DNA of 63,444 nt, the filler included, from Saprolegnia diclina VS20 (taxonomy: Eukaryota): NCBI RefSeq assembly GCF_000281045.1. It is 4 parts of 3 records of this genome, joined end to end, with 100 filler letters (N's around TTAATTAATTAA, not from the genome) between each part and the next. Parts side by side here need not be neighbours in the genome. Positions count along the whole stretch, not along the records: positions 18,822 to 31,263 come from NW_008246075.1; positions 31,364 to 61,766 come from NW_008246075.1; 2 more parts are not named here. The stretch is one strand, 5' to 3'. Positions 23,443 through 34,752 of this stretch are shown in pieces (position 1 is the stretch's first letter; every line of letters starts with the position of its first letter). The position numbers were made by a program, and so were the translations under genes. The notes beneath the pieces are model-generated. The model was given only the letters and a program-made list of their open reading frames with translations. It did no database searches and was not told the DNA's origin.

Positions 23443-24398
23443 AGTTCGCTGCTTTGAAGCAAGTGCTGGCCCTGACCATGACCGTCGACAGCCGCCGTGT
23501 TCAGCGCTGGAGCCGAGCCCGTGTTTTGGCGCTTCGCGGGAGGCGGCCCGTCATCATCATCGTCGTCGTCGGCGTCGTCATCGTCGTCGGCGTCGGCATC
23601 GTCGTCGGCGGCGTCGAACGCTCGGAGCTTGACGGAAGTTGCTCGGTCGAACGGCAAATATCCGGCGAAGCGCGCACACTGGGCGACCGTCAGCTTGCGC
23701 GGAAAATATTTCGGGAAGGAAAAGGAAAGCGCGTCGACGGCTTGCGCGACCATCGCTTTGTCAATGATGAGGCCCTTGATCTTGATGAGCTTGAATATGT
23801 CGTGCGCAAGGACGGCGTCGAACGTGAGGACCCACGTTGGGAGCCGCTGCGTCGGGACGGCCTGGCGGTTCGTGAGAAACACGAGAAACCGAAGGAGAGG
23901 CTCGCGCTCCCGAGAGAGCGCATCGACGTCAAACTTGATCTCCTTCGTATGCTTCGACCTCAACAAGTAGATCGCGACGCGGTCGTGGAACCGCTGCGGC
24001 ATTGGCGCCGCGACGTCGTCCGCAGGCGCCGGCTCGTTGAAAACGGCGTTGCAAAAGCCCGTGTTCGCGTCCTTCTCCACGAACGTCTTCGCGTCGTAAA
24101 GGCCGGCCTTGACGAGGTCCAACCAGCGGTCCCGGGACGCGGTCGGCATGTCCTCCTCGGTGGAGGTCCGCACCGTGTAATGAAGATTCTGCCACTTCAG
24201 GAGCATCTTGAACACGACGAGGAACTTGTGCGCGTCCGACGCCTTCTTCACGACGTCGCGGTTCGCGGCGTGGAAAAAAGTGTACGCCTGCTCGACGCGC
24301 ATGCTGAGCGAGTCGTGTTTGAGGCTCTTGGTGTCACTCCCGTCCTTGAACGTGTGGAAGCACGTTGCGATGTCAATGGCCCATTTCGAATCGTTCAT
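23301..24398 (-). CDS. Unknown protein B (~365 aa), acidic tract, NLS-like motif, C-terminal coiled coil; paralog of protein A
   Basis: Intact intronless ORF. Contains DDDADADDDDDADDDDDD and PPPAKRQ. Ends MELVRAAFEARDQEIASHEQERGQYLSTIERLMSQLADYEEEETKE, as in A except one residue. Confidence 0.82.
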   Translation of the reverse strand: MNDSKWAIDIATCFHTFKDGSDTKSLKHDSLSMRVEQAYTFFHAANRDVVKKASDAHKFLVVFKMLLKWQNLHYTVRTSTEEDMPTASRDRWLDLVKAGLYDAKTFVEKDANTGFCNAVFNEPAPADDVAAPMPQRFHDRVAIYLLRSKHTKEIKFDVDALSREREPLLRFLVFLTNRQAVPTQRLPTWVLTFDAVLAHDIFKLIKIKGLIIDKAMVAQAVDALSFSFPKYFPRKLTVAQCARFAGYLPFDRATSVKLRAFDAADDDADADDDDDADDDDDDDGPPPAKRQNTGSAPALNTAAVDGHGQGQHLLQSSELMELVRAAFEARDQEIASHEQERGQYLSTIERLMSQLADYEEEETKE

Positions 24399-24400
24399 GG

Positions 24401-25135
24401 CCAATTGCGAAGTGAGCGCATCGATCGTTTGTTCAAGAACCGACAGCTAGACGTACTTTTCAAGATACCAAGCGGCCGCCGTATTTCATTTTGCTGTTTG
24501 TATGGTGTAGTAGAGTGGGACGCCCTTGCCCCACAGTCCTCGTGGCAGCTGCCGCCAGACGACGTAGCGCATTGGCGCAAGCGCGGATCGAACCTCGCAT
24601 TACTCCTCGCGCATCGCGTTTCGCTCTATGATGCGCCGCCATCGACGCTTGTGCTTGGAGCGATCAGCACAGCGTCATCGGGCAGAGCTGCACACCGGCG
24701 GGCGGGCAAGTTCTTTCGCCTTGTGTGGTATGTCGTGCTCCTCATGAGTAGGGTCATGACGTGGCAGGCTGGAGGCCATCCCATCTGGTTTGTTTTGCAA
24801 CGCACGCGCATCCACACAACCAAAATACAATCCGGTGCACCGCGTGGGCAGCTGACAAGCGATTCGCTTGTACACGGGGTGGTCGAGCTGGGTGGTAGAA
24901 GTAGCCTCCTTTGTTTGTCACGTTGAGCTAGAACCTTCAAACTGGACGGTCCATCTCGCTCAGGGATTCTTGCGACCGAGCGTCCGCGAAATGAGACGAC
25001 GCCGCCACAGCCACGGTGCCCAAGCGCTTTGTCCCGACGCATTTCCATGGGACTCTTGTGCAGGTGGTCAATCTACTCTCGGGCTCTCGCTCGCAATGAT
25101 TCCACCTCGAGCACCAAATTTCGCTATCGCATTTC
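24401..25135 (-). repeat. Outer inverted repeat, right copy (upstream region of gene B)
   Basis: Reverse complement of 18822-19562. Confidence 0.95.
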
Positions 25136-27059
25136 ATGTTCAACATCTCGCCACAGAGCGTAGTAGCCACACAACACATCTCGAGCTCAACATCTGGTGG
25201 TTAAAGATCGGATCCGTGGTCTGAGTCGAGCTTCCCAAAGGTTTGCGCAGTCGTCGTCGATGGCAGTTCGAGCATGCGGTGTCTGCTGGACGTCGATCGG
25301 CGCTCGTGGGCCAACAAACCTCTTCATAGGATCGTGCGACCTCTGTACCTTTTTGAATATATCCGCGCCGCCGCCTGCGCAGCCGCGGCCCGGCAAGCGA
25401 ATGAAGAAGAAGGAGATTGCTAGTCTCTACATATGCAAGGTCTTTGTGTAATTGTAATTATGAAGATAACTCGAAACACGTTCATATATGTGTATATAAT
25501 CGTACGTGGGGATGACGACAGCGAGGGTGTTGTCTGTGGCTCAAACACCACGCCAAGCGAGATGCGCGCTTGGAATGGCGGCGCGCCTTTGGCTGTGTAA
25601 ACCAGCGCGAAAAGTGGACGTTGCGGTGCTGCAAGAGGGCAGCGAGGAGGCAGATCGCAATGGAGTCGCCGTCCAGGTAGCTCTCGCGCCAGAGCTGGGC
25701 TTTAAGCGTCGGGACCGGTCTGTTCGAGCTCGTGCGCTGCATCTCGTTCGCGTGGTCTTGGCACCACGTCGGTTTCTTGCCGCCGCTTTGGTCTGCACCG
25801 GCTCGTTCCACCTAGCATGATGTCGACTGGTGAGATGATCCTCGAGCATTGAGTCCACGTACGGGAGCAAGGCGAGATGAGTATATGGGTCCGGGTGGCG
25901 TGTGAGGTGGACCGCTTCCTTGGTCGTGATCTTGGAGACGCCCGACTGGTTGATATCCATTCGGGACGTGAGATAGTCGTCGCGCGTCTGGATCATCGGG
26001 TGGCTCGAGATGAAGCGCGCCGCAAAGAGTATCCCGCTGGGATGGAACCGGGACGACGAGCTCTCATCTACGGGCGTGTGGGAGGAGGATGCGACGCCCA
26101 AGACCACGGTATCTGTCCAGAGGCCGTTGCACATATCGCAGCGCTCGTTGCTCGTGGCGAGGAGCCGGGTCCTTTCGTTGTTGCGCGACTGCAGCGGGCC
26201 GGCCTCCTGGTTCCTGGTGGCGTAGTGAGCCCGACCGGCTCCGAGGCGCGCTGTCTCGCCGGGCCCGCGGGGTCATCTCTCCTACATGACGCAGGCGCAG
26301 CATGAGCTTCCATCGTCCATCGCCATGACATGCGTACTCGGCCCGTCCGCCACGCGCCGGCGAATCTCCATCCTCGACAAGATTCCGAAATGACGGTGAT
26401 GGCGTATCCGGATATAGGTGTGTCACATTGTCACATTTGCGCCAGCTTGTGCGATTGGTGTCAGCAAGGAGCCAAAACTTCAAGATGAACGGCCGAGTTC
26501 TGGCGTGTTGCAGTTGATTTCTCGAACAAGCGATCAGATCGCCCGCAGGTCGACGAAGGTGGCAGCTGGCCGTCGCTCCAAGCTCGGCAAAAGCTTACGA
26601 GGTTCGGAAATATATTCACACTGTACAAGTACCGCAAAAGCCCAAATTTACTCGCTTCTTCAAGTACATCATTTCACTGCCCTATCAATCCCTGGTGGAA
26701 GGAAATACTAACGTTATGAGTATGACATTACCCGCCCCTTGCTCTGGTGCGACAAGCTGGGAAGTTGTGCTGGGAGGTACGTACAAGTGTACGGAGTGCT
26801 CCAAGACCGAGTCGGAGAGGCATTAATAGCATAAGGCATTGATACGCCTGGACCTTGAAGTACAGGTCGATGGAGGGAAAGTACTACTGTAGTAAGCCGT
26901 TTGATTGATGAGGGCATCGGGGACGCCACCCAGTTTTGTACAGTGTACTTGATTAAACGAATAAAGGCTGTCATATCCGGTGGCGGCGGTGGGCACTTCA
27001 CAAGTCGGCCATTCTCTAATTTGCCAGCACGAGCCAAGGCGTGGAACAAACCCACTGGA

Positions 27060-28150
27060 ACAAACCGCCTTCTGCAGCGTTGTTCTTGAGCCGGACATTG
27101 CGGCGATGATCTTTGGCTGCCATGATGGCGTCCTCGAAGACATGCACCATGCCATTGCCGCCTGCTGAGACCTTGTCGAGGTTGACGCCTCGGGAGGCTA
27201 CGCGTACGACTCGTCGTTCTGCCAGGCGTTCGCGCCCGACGCCAAGTGTCCCGACGAGCTTTGCGCGCTTCCGTCCTCGCCGTATCTTCGACGGGACGGC
27301 CAATACGACGACCGCCTGCCTCTGCACATGGCTGCTCGGTGGTTTGCGAGTGGATCGAGGAAGCGTGTGCGGCCAACAACGTTCTTCCGCGGGCACTTGG
27401 ACGCTTGCGACGACCCGGACGTGCTTGACGAGGCAATCAGGCGCAAGGCGTGGGACGTGGTGCGCATCCTCTTGGCCAACTGCACGGCCGAGCTGCACGG
27501 CCGAGATCTCACTCGACGGGTGCCACTTTGACGTCGCGACCCAAATCCTGCGACGTCGACCAGACCTCCGCGACGACGAATGGCTCCAAGAGGCTGTAAC
27601 CAACCAGAACGTGGAGGCAATGCGCTTCCTCCTCGCGGCTGGCATTGGCCAGCCTCGCGACTGCCTCGTCGAGATTGCGGGTCGTCGAGACCATGTGCCG
27701 ACGAGCAAGCTCCTTCTGCCGTACTGTATGGACGCAATGAACCATGTCGACAACATCATCTTTCTTCGTTCACTCAGCGTAGAAATAACTATTTTAATAA
27801 TAGACCCCCACTTCAGCAACAATATCTTTCTTCTTGACCTCGTCGCGCTGCTGAACTGCCACCGCGGAACGCTCCTTCGGGTGATCACGCCCGAACTCGT
27901 GTAGCAAGGAATCAAGGTAAACCAAACGATTCTGCTGACATCGCGCGTGGCGGGTCTTGCGGCAGCGCTGCTGCAATCTAGCAACGTGCTTGTCTTGGCG
28001 TTGGCTCAGGCCATTTGTCATCTCCACGCACCCGACGCGATGGTCATCGCTGAGTAAGTCCAGAGCAAGGAAGGGTTGGTCTCGGACGCTGAGCTCCAGG
28101 CGCTGCTCACGCGCCTACTCGCGACCGAGGGCAAGCCGCCGAAGATAAGA
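27060..28150 (+). pseudogene. Disrupted ankyrin-like repeat gene of an expanded family
   Basis: Fragments FCSVVLEPDIAAMIFG, DDRLPLHMAA, VLDEAIRRKAWDVVRILL, LQEAVTNQNVEAMRFLLAAGIG lie in different frames with stops. Paralogous to 30730-31263. Confidence 0.6.
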
Positions 28151-28221
28151 ACGTCGATGCTATCGTAGTGGAACCCACTGAGCGGAGCCAATCGTCCAAA
28201 TCTTTGAATTCTTTCCCCTTT

Positions 28222-29629
28222 TCATTTATTCGTTGTTAATGTCTGCAGCATAGCTGACGCCGCGGTAATGATATTCGATAGCAGCTGCTTCCGGCCCATT
28301 CGAAACGTGAGCGCCACCAAGAGGCGGTCGGGGAGGTCGTTGGTTTGGAGCAAGGCAGCGTCTTCTTCGAGCGTGGTGGGATACGCAGCAGCAAGCTCCT
28401 CCAGCACCTCGATAAGGACCATAATGGCTCTTGTTTCGACGCGGACGTCCGATATCGGGCACGAGACATCAACGTCCTCGCAGTACGCCGTCAAGAAATG
28501 GCAGCAAAAGTACGGTAGCAGTGACGCAACGGACGTGTCGTGCGTAAGACGGAAGTTGGTCTTGAACGGCATAAGGTGCGCCTTGCTGAGGACCGCGCGG
28601 CGCTCCGTCTTGGACAAGGCACTCGGGTACGACGCCGCGAGGTGAAAGTCCATATCGATATAGTCCACAGCATTTTCACGCAGCGCAAACCCGTAGTGGA
28701 GCAACAGTTGGTCTAGTGCAAGCGATGAAATGTGTACGAGATAGCATCGATGTTGTACGGTTGGGGCGCCGGCCGTATCGGTTGAAGACTTGGTCGCCGC
28801 GCTTGTATCCGACGGACGAGTGCCACTCGAACGTCTTGTTCTCGTACGCATACATGGTGGCGTGGTTGTTGTGGTTGAGCATGTCGGCAAAGGGCACAAG
28901 CGACGACCACGGCAGGCACCGGCCTACACTGTCGCATTTGGAATGACTGCCAGAGGAATGTCAAATACCGGTACCAAACGTGCGAGCTTGGATCGTCTGC
29001 CACGCAAAACGAAAGGTTTCGAATGAAAAACTTGTCGCGTTAAAGAGCTCCTACAGGCAAATAGTTAGACAGAGGATCGAAAATGGAGGTATGTTTTACC
29101 GGGTAGAGGCGGAAGAGGCAGTCGGTGAGGCGCTCGTACCACGTGACGATCTCGGCGTTGCGCTGGTTGGCTATCTCCACGAGGCGCCTAGTGACGATAA
29201 CCAATAAGAAATCATTTCTACAATAAGAATTGGAGCAGAATACGGGTCTTGCAAGGACGCGAGCTCGTCGATGGTCCAGTTTTGAATCGACTCGGGCGCA
29301 GGCAGCGTCGAGAGGTACGGGTAGTAGAACGAGTGATGGCCCAGGTGCATGTGGTGCGCCACAAACGTCGCCAAGAGCGGATCGTCGCGGGCAAAGAGGT
29401 CGGAATGTCGAGCAAAGATCGGGCCAAGGTCCGGGTCAAGCTTCACGGATGCCTCCGAGATCATGAGCGCCTCCGGGATCGACATGGCGACTTCATTGGG
29501 CGCAAGGTCCCGCGTCGCGACGACGCCACGACCGCCGTCAAGGTCGCGCGTGATCGCGAGCGCGTCAATCTTGGCGCCACGCTCCGTGAGCCAGCGCAGG
29601 AAGCGGGCTTCCTTCTCGTCGTCGGCCAT
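28222..29629 (-). CDS. SET-domain protein lysine methyltransferase (Rubisco LSMT/SETD3-like), multi-exon
   Basis: MADDEKEARFLRWL..GRGVVATRDL..SIPEALMIS, YYPYLSTLP, LVPFADMLNH, GDQVFNRYG, LLLHYGF, and LAAAYPTTLEEDAALL..ALTFRMGRKQLL (LSMT substrate-binding domain). Confidence 0.9.
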
Positions 29630-30729
29630 CCTGCTGCAGTCGATCACAAGAATTCGATACGCGAGGTGTACGTACGATGTACGCTCTGAGTGGCGACGAA
29701 GAACAACAAGACTGCGTGTCTTGCGGTCTATATTTACCACTTTACTGGTGGACAGCGTGGCAATACTACGCGTGCGCGTGTGACCGAGACCGGATGACAA
29801 TCCGGTTAATACCGGATGGGGTCGTCAGGGGAGAAACCGGATAGCTGGACAAATCGTCGCAGCCAGTGACACCCGCTTTGCAGGCAGTGAGCTCCAATTG
29901 CGTGGTGGAGCGAGCACTCCAAGAACGTCCCGACTATGTATGGGTGTCCGTTTCAGGTCGACGTGGACTCAGAGCGGGAGGAAGCTATTACCAGCTGCGT
30001 AGGGACGAGCGTGAGCACTGGGCCTTGCGCTACAATTGCACCTGTCGTTGCGAGTACCGGTAGCTGATATGACCGGAGTCCGGCATTGGGAGTCCGGCCG
30101 CATCGTCGTGACACTGTACACTGTACTAGTAGGCGCGTCGGGCTTGCGAGGTAAAACAGATGGCTGGCGGAGATGGTCAGTCCTTGTGCCGTGGAGCGCC
30201 ACGTCATAGGTTCAACATACCGGTACATGACCCCATGACATGACCCGGTGTGGGGTGCACCGCTCAACGGTATCAGTGTACTAGTAACTGTGCGGTGCAG
30301 GATACCGGTAATTCCTACAGCACTAACACTGACGGCCTTCATACGCCTTCCAGTTATGTTTATCATTGCTGTTTAACGCCCCCATAGATGCTGCCGTGTA
30401 GATTCTTTAAGACGCACAAGGTTGGACGGACTCTGAGGGTCGTCTGTGCCTCTGCAAGGAAGGTCGTGGCCTCGTGAGAGAGCGCATTGGTATAGTGTAG
30501 ATGCGCGAGTGACCGTGCCCGAGCTCCATCGACGCATCAACATTGCGACTCGCGCGGGTACGCTGCATCCGAATCTCGTCCCTACAGGGCACTTGGTTCG
30601 TAGAAGTAATATATGCAAACCACGAGCAAACGTACAGACCACGAGCAAAAATAATTTCCCCCTCTTACAAACCCGTGGCACTTCGTGTCATCCAGTTCCT
30701 CGTCGCCTGAGGCCCTCCATTTGGACGAC

Positions 30730-31263
30730 ACTGGATGGTGAGAGCATGCGCCGCCAACAACATGCCGCTTGTCGAGTCCTCTATCAGCACTCGGACGCGG
30801 GTCACCGCAAGGCTCTCGGGGAGCCGGTCTTTAACGAGGCGTGGGACACGGTACATTCCCTCTTGGCCAAATGCACGACCGATATCTCGCGCGACTCGCT
30901 CCAGTTGGCTCTTTTCTTCCGCAACCTCGATGTCGCGGCCCAAATTCTGTAGCGTCAACCAGAGCTCCGCGACAAAGTACAGCTCGGAGACGATGCGCTT
31001 CCTCCTCGCGGCTGGCATTGGCCAGCTTCACAAGTGCCTCGTTAATTTCGGGCCGTCGCAACGAAGCGACTGGGAGCAAACTTTTGCTGCCAAACTGCAT
31101 GCACGCGATCAACCATCTCGGCAACTTCATCTTTCTTCTGGACCTCTTGAAGAAGCCCGGCCGCCGTCGCCCAATGATCCTTCGGATGATCACGCCCGAG
31201 CTCACGCAGCAAGGACGAAAGCCCAGCCAAACCACCATGCGTGGCGGCGCGCGAGACTGCACT
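30730..31263 (+). pseudogene. Second disrupted ankyrin-like paralog, truncated by a gap
   Basis: Shares MRFLLAAGIGQ, SKLLLP.CM.A.NH..N.IFLLDL and LR.ITPEL with 27060-28150; frameshifts and a stop. Confidence 0.6.
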
Positions 31264-31363
31264 NNNNNNNNNNNNNNNNNNNNNNNNNNNNNNNNNNNNN
31301 NNNNNNNTTAATTAATTAANNNNNNNNNNNNNNNNNNNNNNNNNNNNNNNNNNNNNNNNNNNN
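31264..31363. other. Assembly gap with artificial linker
   Basis: N-TTAATTAATTAA-N. Confidence 0.97.
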
Positions 31364-31577
31364 CGCGCGAGTCGGAGCAGCCGATCCAGAGGATCTCGGG
31401 CGACTGCTGGTCCACGAGCTTGGCAAAGAACTCGGGATCGGACGCGCGCATGGCGTTGGCCCACTCCTTGTTGCGCTCGAGGAGCTGCTTGACGCCCGGC
31501 GCGCCGGTCTGCACGACGGTGCGCGGCGAGAGCGGGACTGTCGGGTACGCCGGAGCCGGCTGAGTTGTCGACGACAT
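31364..31577 (-). CDS. Beta-carbonic anhydrase, N-terminal part (rest lost in the gap)
   Basis: LLERNKEWA...DPEFFAKLVDQQSPEILWIGCSDSR is the beta-CA signature. Confidence 0.92.
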
Positions 31578-31891
31578 GGCAGGATGTGGAATGGCATGCG
31601 ACCGTTGGCTATACTATCCGGATGGATCGGCCAAGTGGCACAGTATCCGGACTTGGATGGCGCTCGACGATGCCCGTCACCACGTCCGAGCCTTGACGTC
31701 GACGGCGCCGTGCCAGCTGTGGCTTCTACAAGTCGCCTCTGCACATTGCACGAGGCCACCGCATCCGAATCAGGCGTCGCCAACCACCAGCGGTCACGCC
31801 GCCCAGCTGCTCTTGCAAGCTGCCACGACACCACAAGACTGACGCCCATCAAATGCACTCAACAGGTAGAATTCAAGTCACTGGACACTGC

Positions 31892-33295
31892 TTACTCGGA
31901 CTTGAGCGGGCGGTTCATGAGAATGTCCTTGAGGTCGTCGCGGTTCACGCGGCCCTATTCGCATCCATCGCGCTTTGCTCGACGTGATCAATGTACCTGA
32001 ATCATGTCGTTGACCGTGCGGAAGATGGGGAGGTCGAGGCCGCACTGCCCGGCAAAGTACACTGCGACCTCGGCCGTCGGGACACCTTCGACGGTCGTTG
32101 TCGCGAGGATATCCTCCTTGTTCTCGCCCCTAGTTTTCATGGGCTCTTAGGTCCTCTTGCAAATCGGAGGACACGCTACTTGATGAGGCGGATGCCGCAC
32201 GTCCGGTTACGCGAGAGCGAGCCAAAGGCCGTGAGCATGAGATCGCCGATGCCCGAGAGGCCCGAAATGGTATGCGGGAGGCCGCCCATCGCGATGCAGA
32301 GCTTCTGGAGCTCCAGCGAGCTGCGCGTGACGTACGCGGCGAGCGTGTTGATGCCGAGGCCGCTGCCTTCGATCATGCCGGCGCCGATCGCGAGCGGGTT
32401 CTTGAGCGCACCGCCGAGCTGGACACCGATAATGTCCTAGCATCAGCGATCAGTATACATCATCTTTTCATGGTTTGGGTTGTACTTGGGAGCTGTAAAT
32501 GCGAAAGTCGACCGTCGAGAGGAGGCGCTGGACCTTGACCGCATGGTAGAGCTGCTTGGAGGCGACGACCTAAATTGCGTCAGAGAAATGCGTCAGAGGG
32601 AAGAGTACGTACCACGGCCGACGGCGCGTTGTTCATGAGCTCGAGCGCGAACGACGGGCCGGAGAGGAACGAGAGCGGCTGGTCGCGGCCCATGGCGGCC
32701 AAAATCGGCTCGGACAAAAGCTGCTTGGTCTTGAGGTAGAGCCCTAAGTATCTCCATCGTCAGCGGCTCTTTCTTTGTGATATGATAGTCATACCCTTGG
32801 ACGTCACGACGAGGATGGCGTCATGGGGGATGTCGTCCTTGTGGTCGGCCAAAAAGTCGGGCGTGGCCTGCGCTGGAATGCACACGATGACAAGCGTCGC
32901 GCCGTCACAGCACTCGGCGACGCTACACCACAAGCATGAATCATCGGCGCAGAGGAATCGGAAAGAACAGACTTGTCCGAGGCGACAATCGACGGCAAGA
33001 GCTCAAACTCGGAGAAGAACTGCGGGTTGTGATGGGTCTCGTTGATGGCCGCGACCTGCGCCGGGTTGCGCGAGTAGAACGCGACGCTATGGCCTTGACG
33101 CGCCGCGATCTGGGCCATGGCCGTGCCAAAGGCGCCGGCGCCGAGGACCGCGACCTTGACGGGCTCGACAAAGGCGGACGGAAGGCCGGCGTTCGTGGAG
33201 CTGGAGACACCGAGGTGGAGCGTCATGTTCCGAGGATGAGACGGCGAGAGAAGAAGGCGGCGAAGCGGAGAGCGCAGGCGGGACGCAATGGACAT
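31892..33295 (-). CDS. NAD(P)+-dependent glycerol-3-phosphate dehydrogenase, multi-exon
   Basis: VAVLGAGAFGTAMA, LSGPSFA, GVQLGGALKNPLAIGAG, GLSGIGDLMLTA..SRNR, VEGVPTA. Stop TAA 31892-31894. Start may instead be the ATG at ~33226. Confidence 0.92.
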
Positions 33296-34752
33296 CCACT
33301 GCAAATGCAAAAGTGACGTGCTTGGCCGCCGCAAATTCCCACAACGAGGCGCCACGCCGGTAAACTGTCTGGTCAACAGCTGCCCCGTCTGCGACACGCG
33401 ACTCAAAAAGACCGTCTTTTTCGATGAAAAACGGGATTTTCACAGCGCAGAGACGCCGCACGTGGCTACTGCAAGCACGGACGCGACGCCGTACAGCTCG
33501 CTACAAGGTGCAGAGGCTACTGCACAGCGATCGAAGCGAGCATCTTGGGTTCGTCCGTGTTCTTGCGTCGAAGCACGTGCTGACCCAAGTCAAATCCGTA
33601 AAGTGGCGTGAAAGGCAACCAGATGGTGGCATGGTGCCGAAAATAAAATCGTCAACGGGGCACGCGACCGACGACACCAGCCTCGTCCCGCGTAGAGCCC
33701 ACGGACGCGTCCTTGGATCGGTCTGGAAAGGCTGAACGAGGTCGGTACCGAGCAATACGAGTTGCTATACTCCAACAACCTGCTACTACATAGTATATTG
33801 ACCCTAGTACGAATGCTAATTTAGCTTACTATGATCGAGCTCGTTGATCTGTTTGACGCAGAATCAAACGGCCTCGCGTCGAGTCGCTACGACCACTTGC
33901 CAGAAAGACATCGCTACGATCGCTCCCCAGAAAGACATCACCATGCAAACGGACGAGAAGCGGACTGTGCGGAGAGACATCGGTATCCGATCCCGCTGCC
34001 ACTGTCTCCGCCCCTCGGAGATCCCCACGGCTTTCTTTCCAGCCGACGCACCGATTCGATCGCCCACATCAATTTGCGTTCATAAAAAGTACATAAACAA
34101 ACGATTGCATTTCGCTTCTCGAGATCGATTCGAGCTACGGCGCGCCGGACGGCCCGAACCCACGTTGACGCCATCCATCGCTACCTACTGGTAGTACAAA
34201 TTGCATGAGTCATTGACGGGTCAACACCAAGGACGCGTTACTGAGGTTCGCGTGCCGAGCTGCGCTGGGGACTGCCTTGAATTCGGCAGCAACGGATCGC
34301 GATCGGTCAGTTGACGTCATACACACGTGAGGAAAGCGTGGTGACCCGAGGTCAGCTACGTCGAGCGGCGGCGGGATCTCAATCAATCGGCGACGAAGCA
34401 CAGTTGCCATCGACCCCGCGGATTGGTGATGCGGGGCGGGTGTCGCGTCGGTCGTGATGCTGAAGCCCATGCTGTCGCTTCTTTGCCGAGATTGGAGATG
34501 TGCAATTCGATGCTCGTGAAGTACCGGGCGGGCACCTCTCCCGGCCTTGAAGCAAGCGAGGACAGTCTGTGAGGACGCAATACGCGACGACAACTCGTGG
34601 TAATACACGAGCAGCTGTGTGGCATAATGCGCCGGCATAGAGTGGAGACATTGCGCAAAGCATGCATGAGTTGTGAATTGGTCGTGGGTAGTAGCGGAGT
34701 AAGCTTAGTATTAATAAGAACGATGCATATAGTAATGTAGAGATCTTGTTCT

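Noticed and set aside
29800..30700. Intergenic region with several short ORFs
   Set aside because: No coherent reading frame or recognisable homology.
33780..34700. Region with short repeats (ccagaaagacatc twice) and small ORFs, possible transposon remnant
   Set aside because: No diagnostic transposase, gag or RT motif or terminal repeats could be identified.
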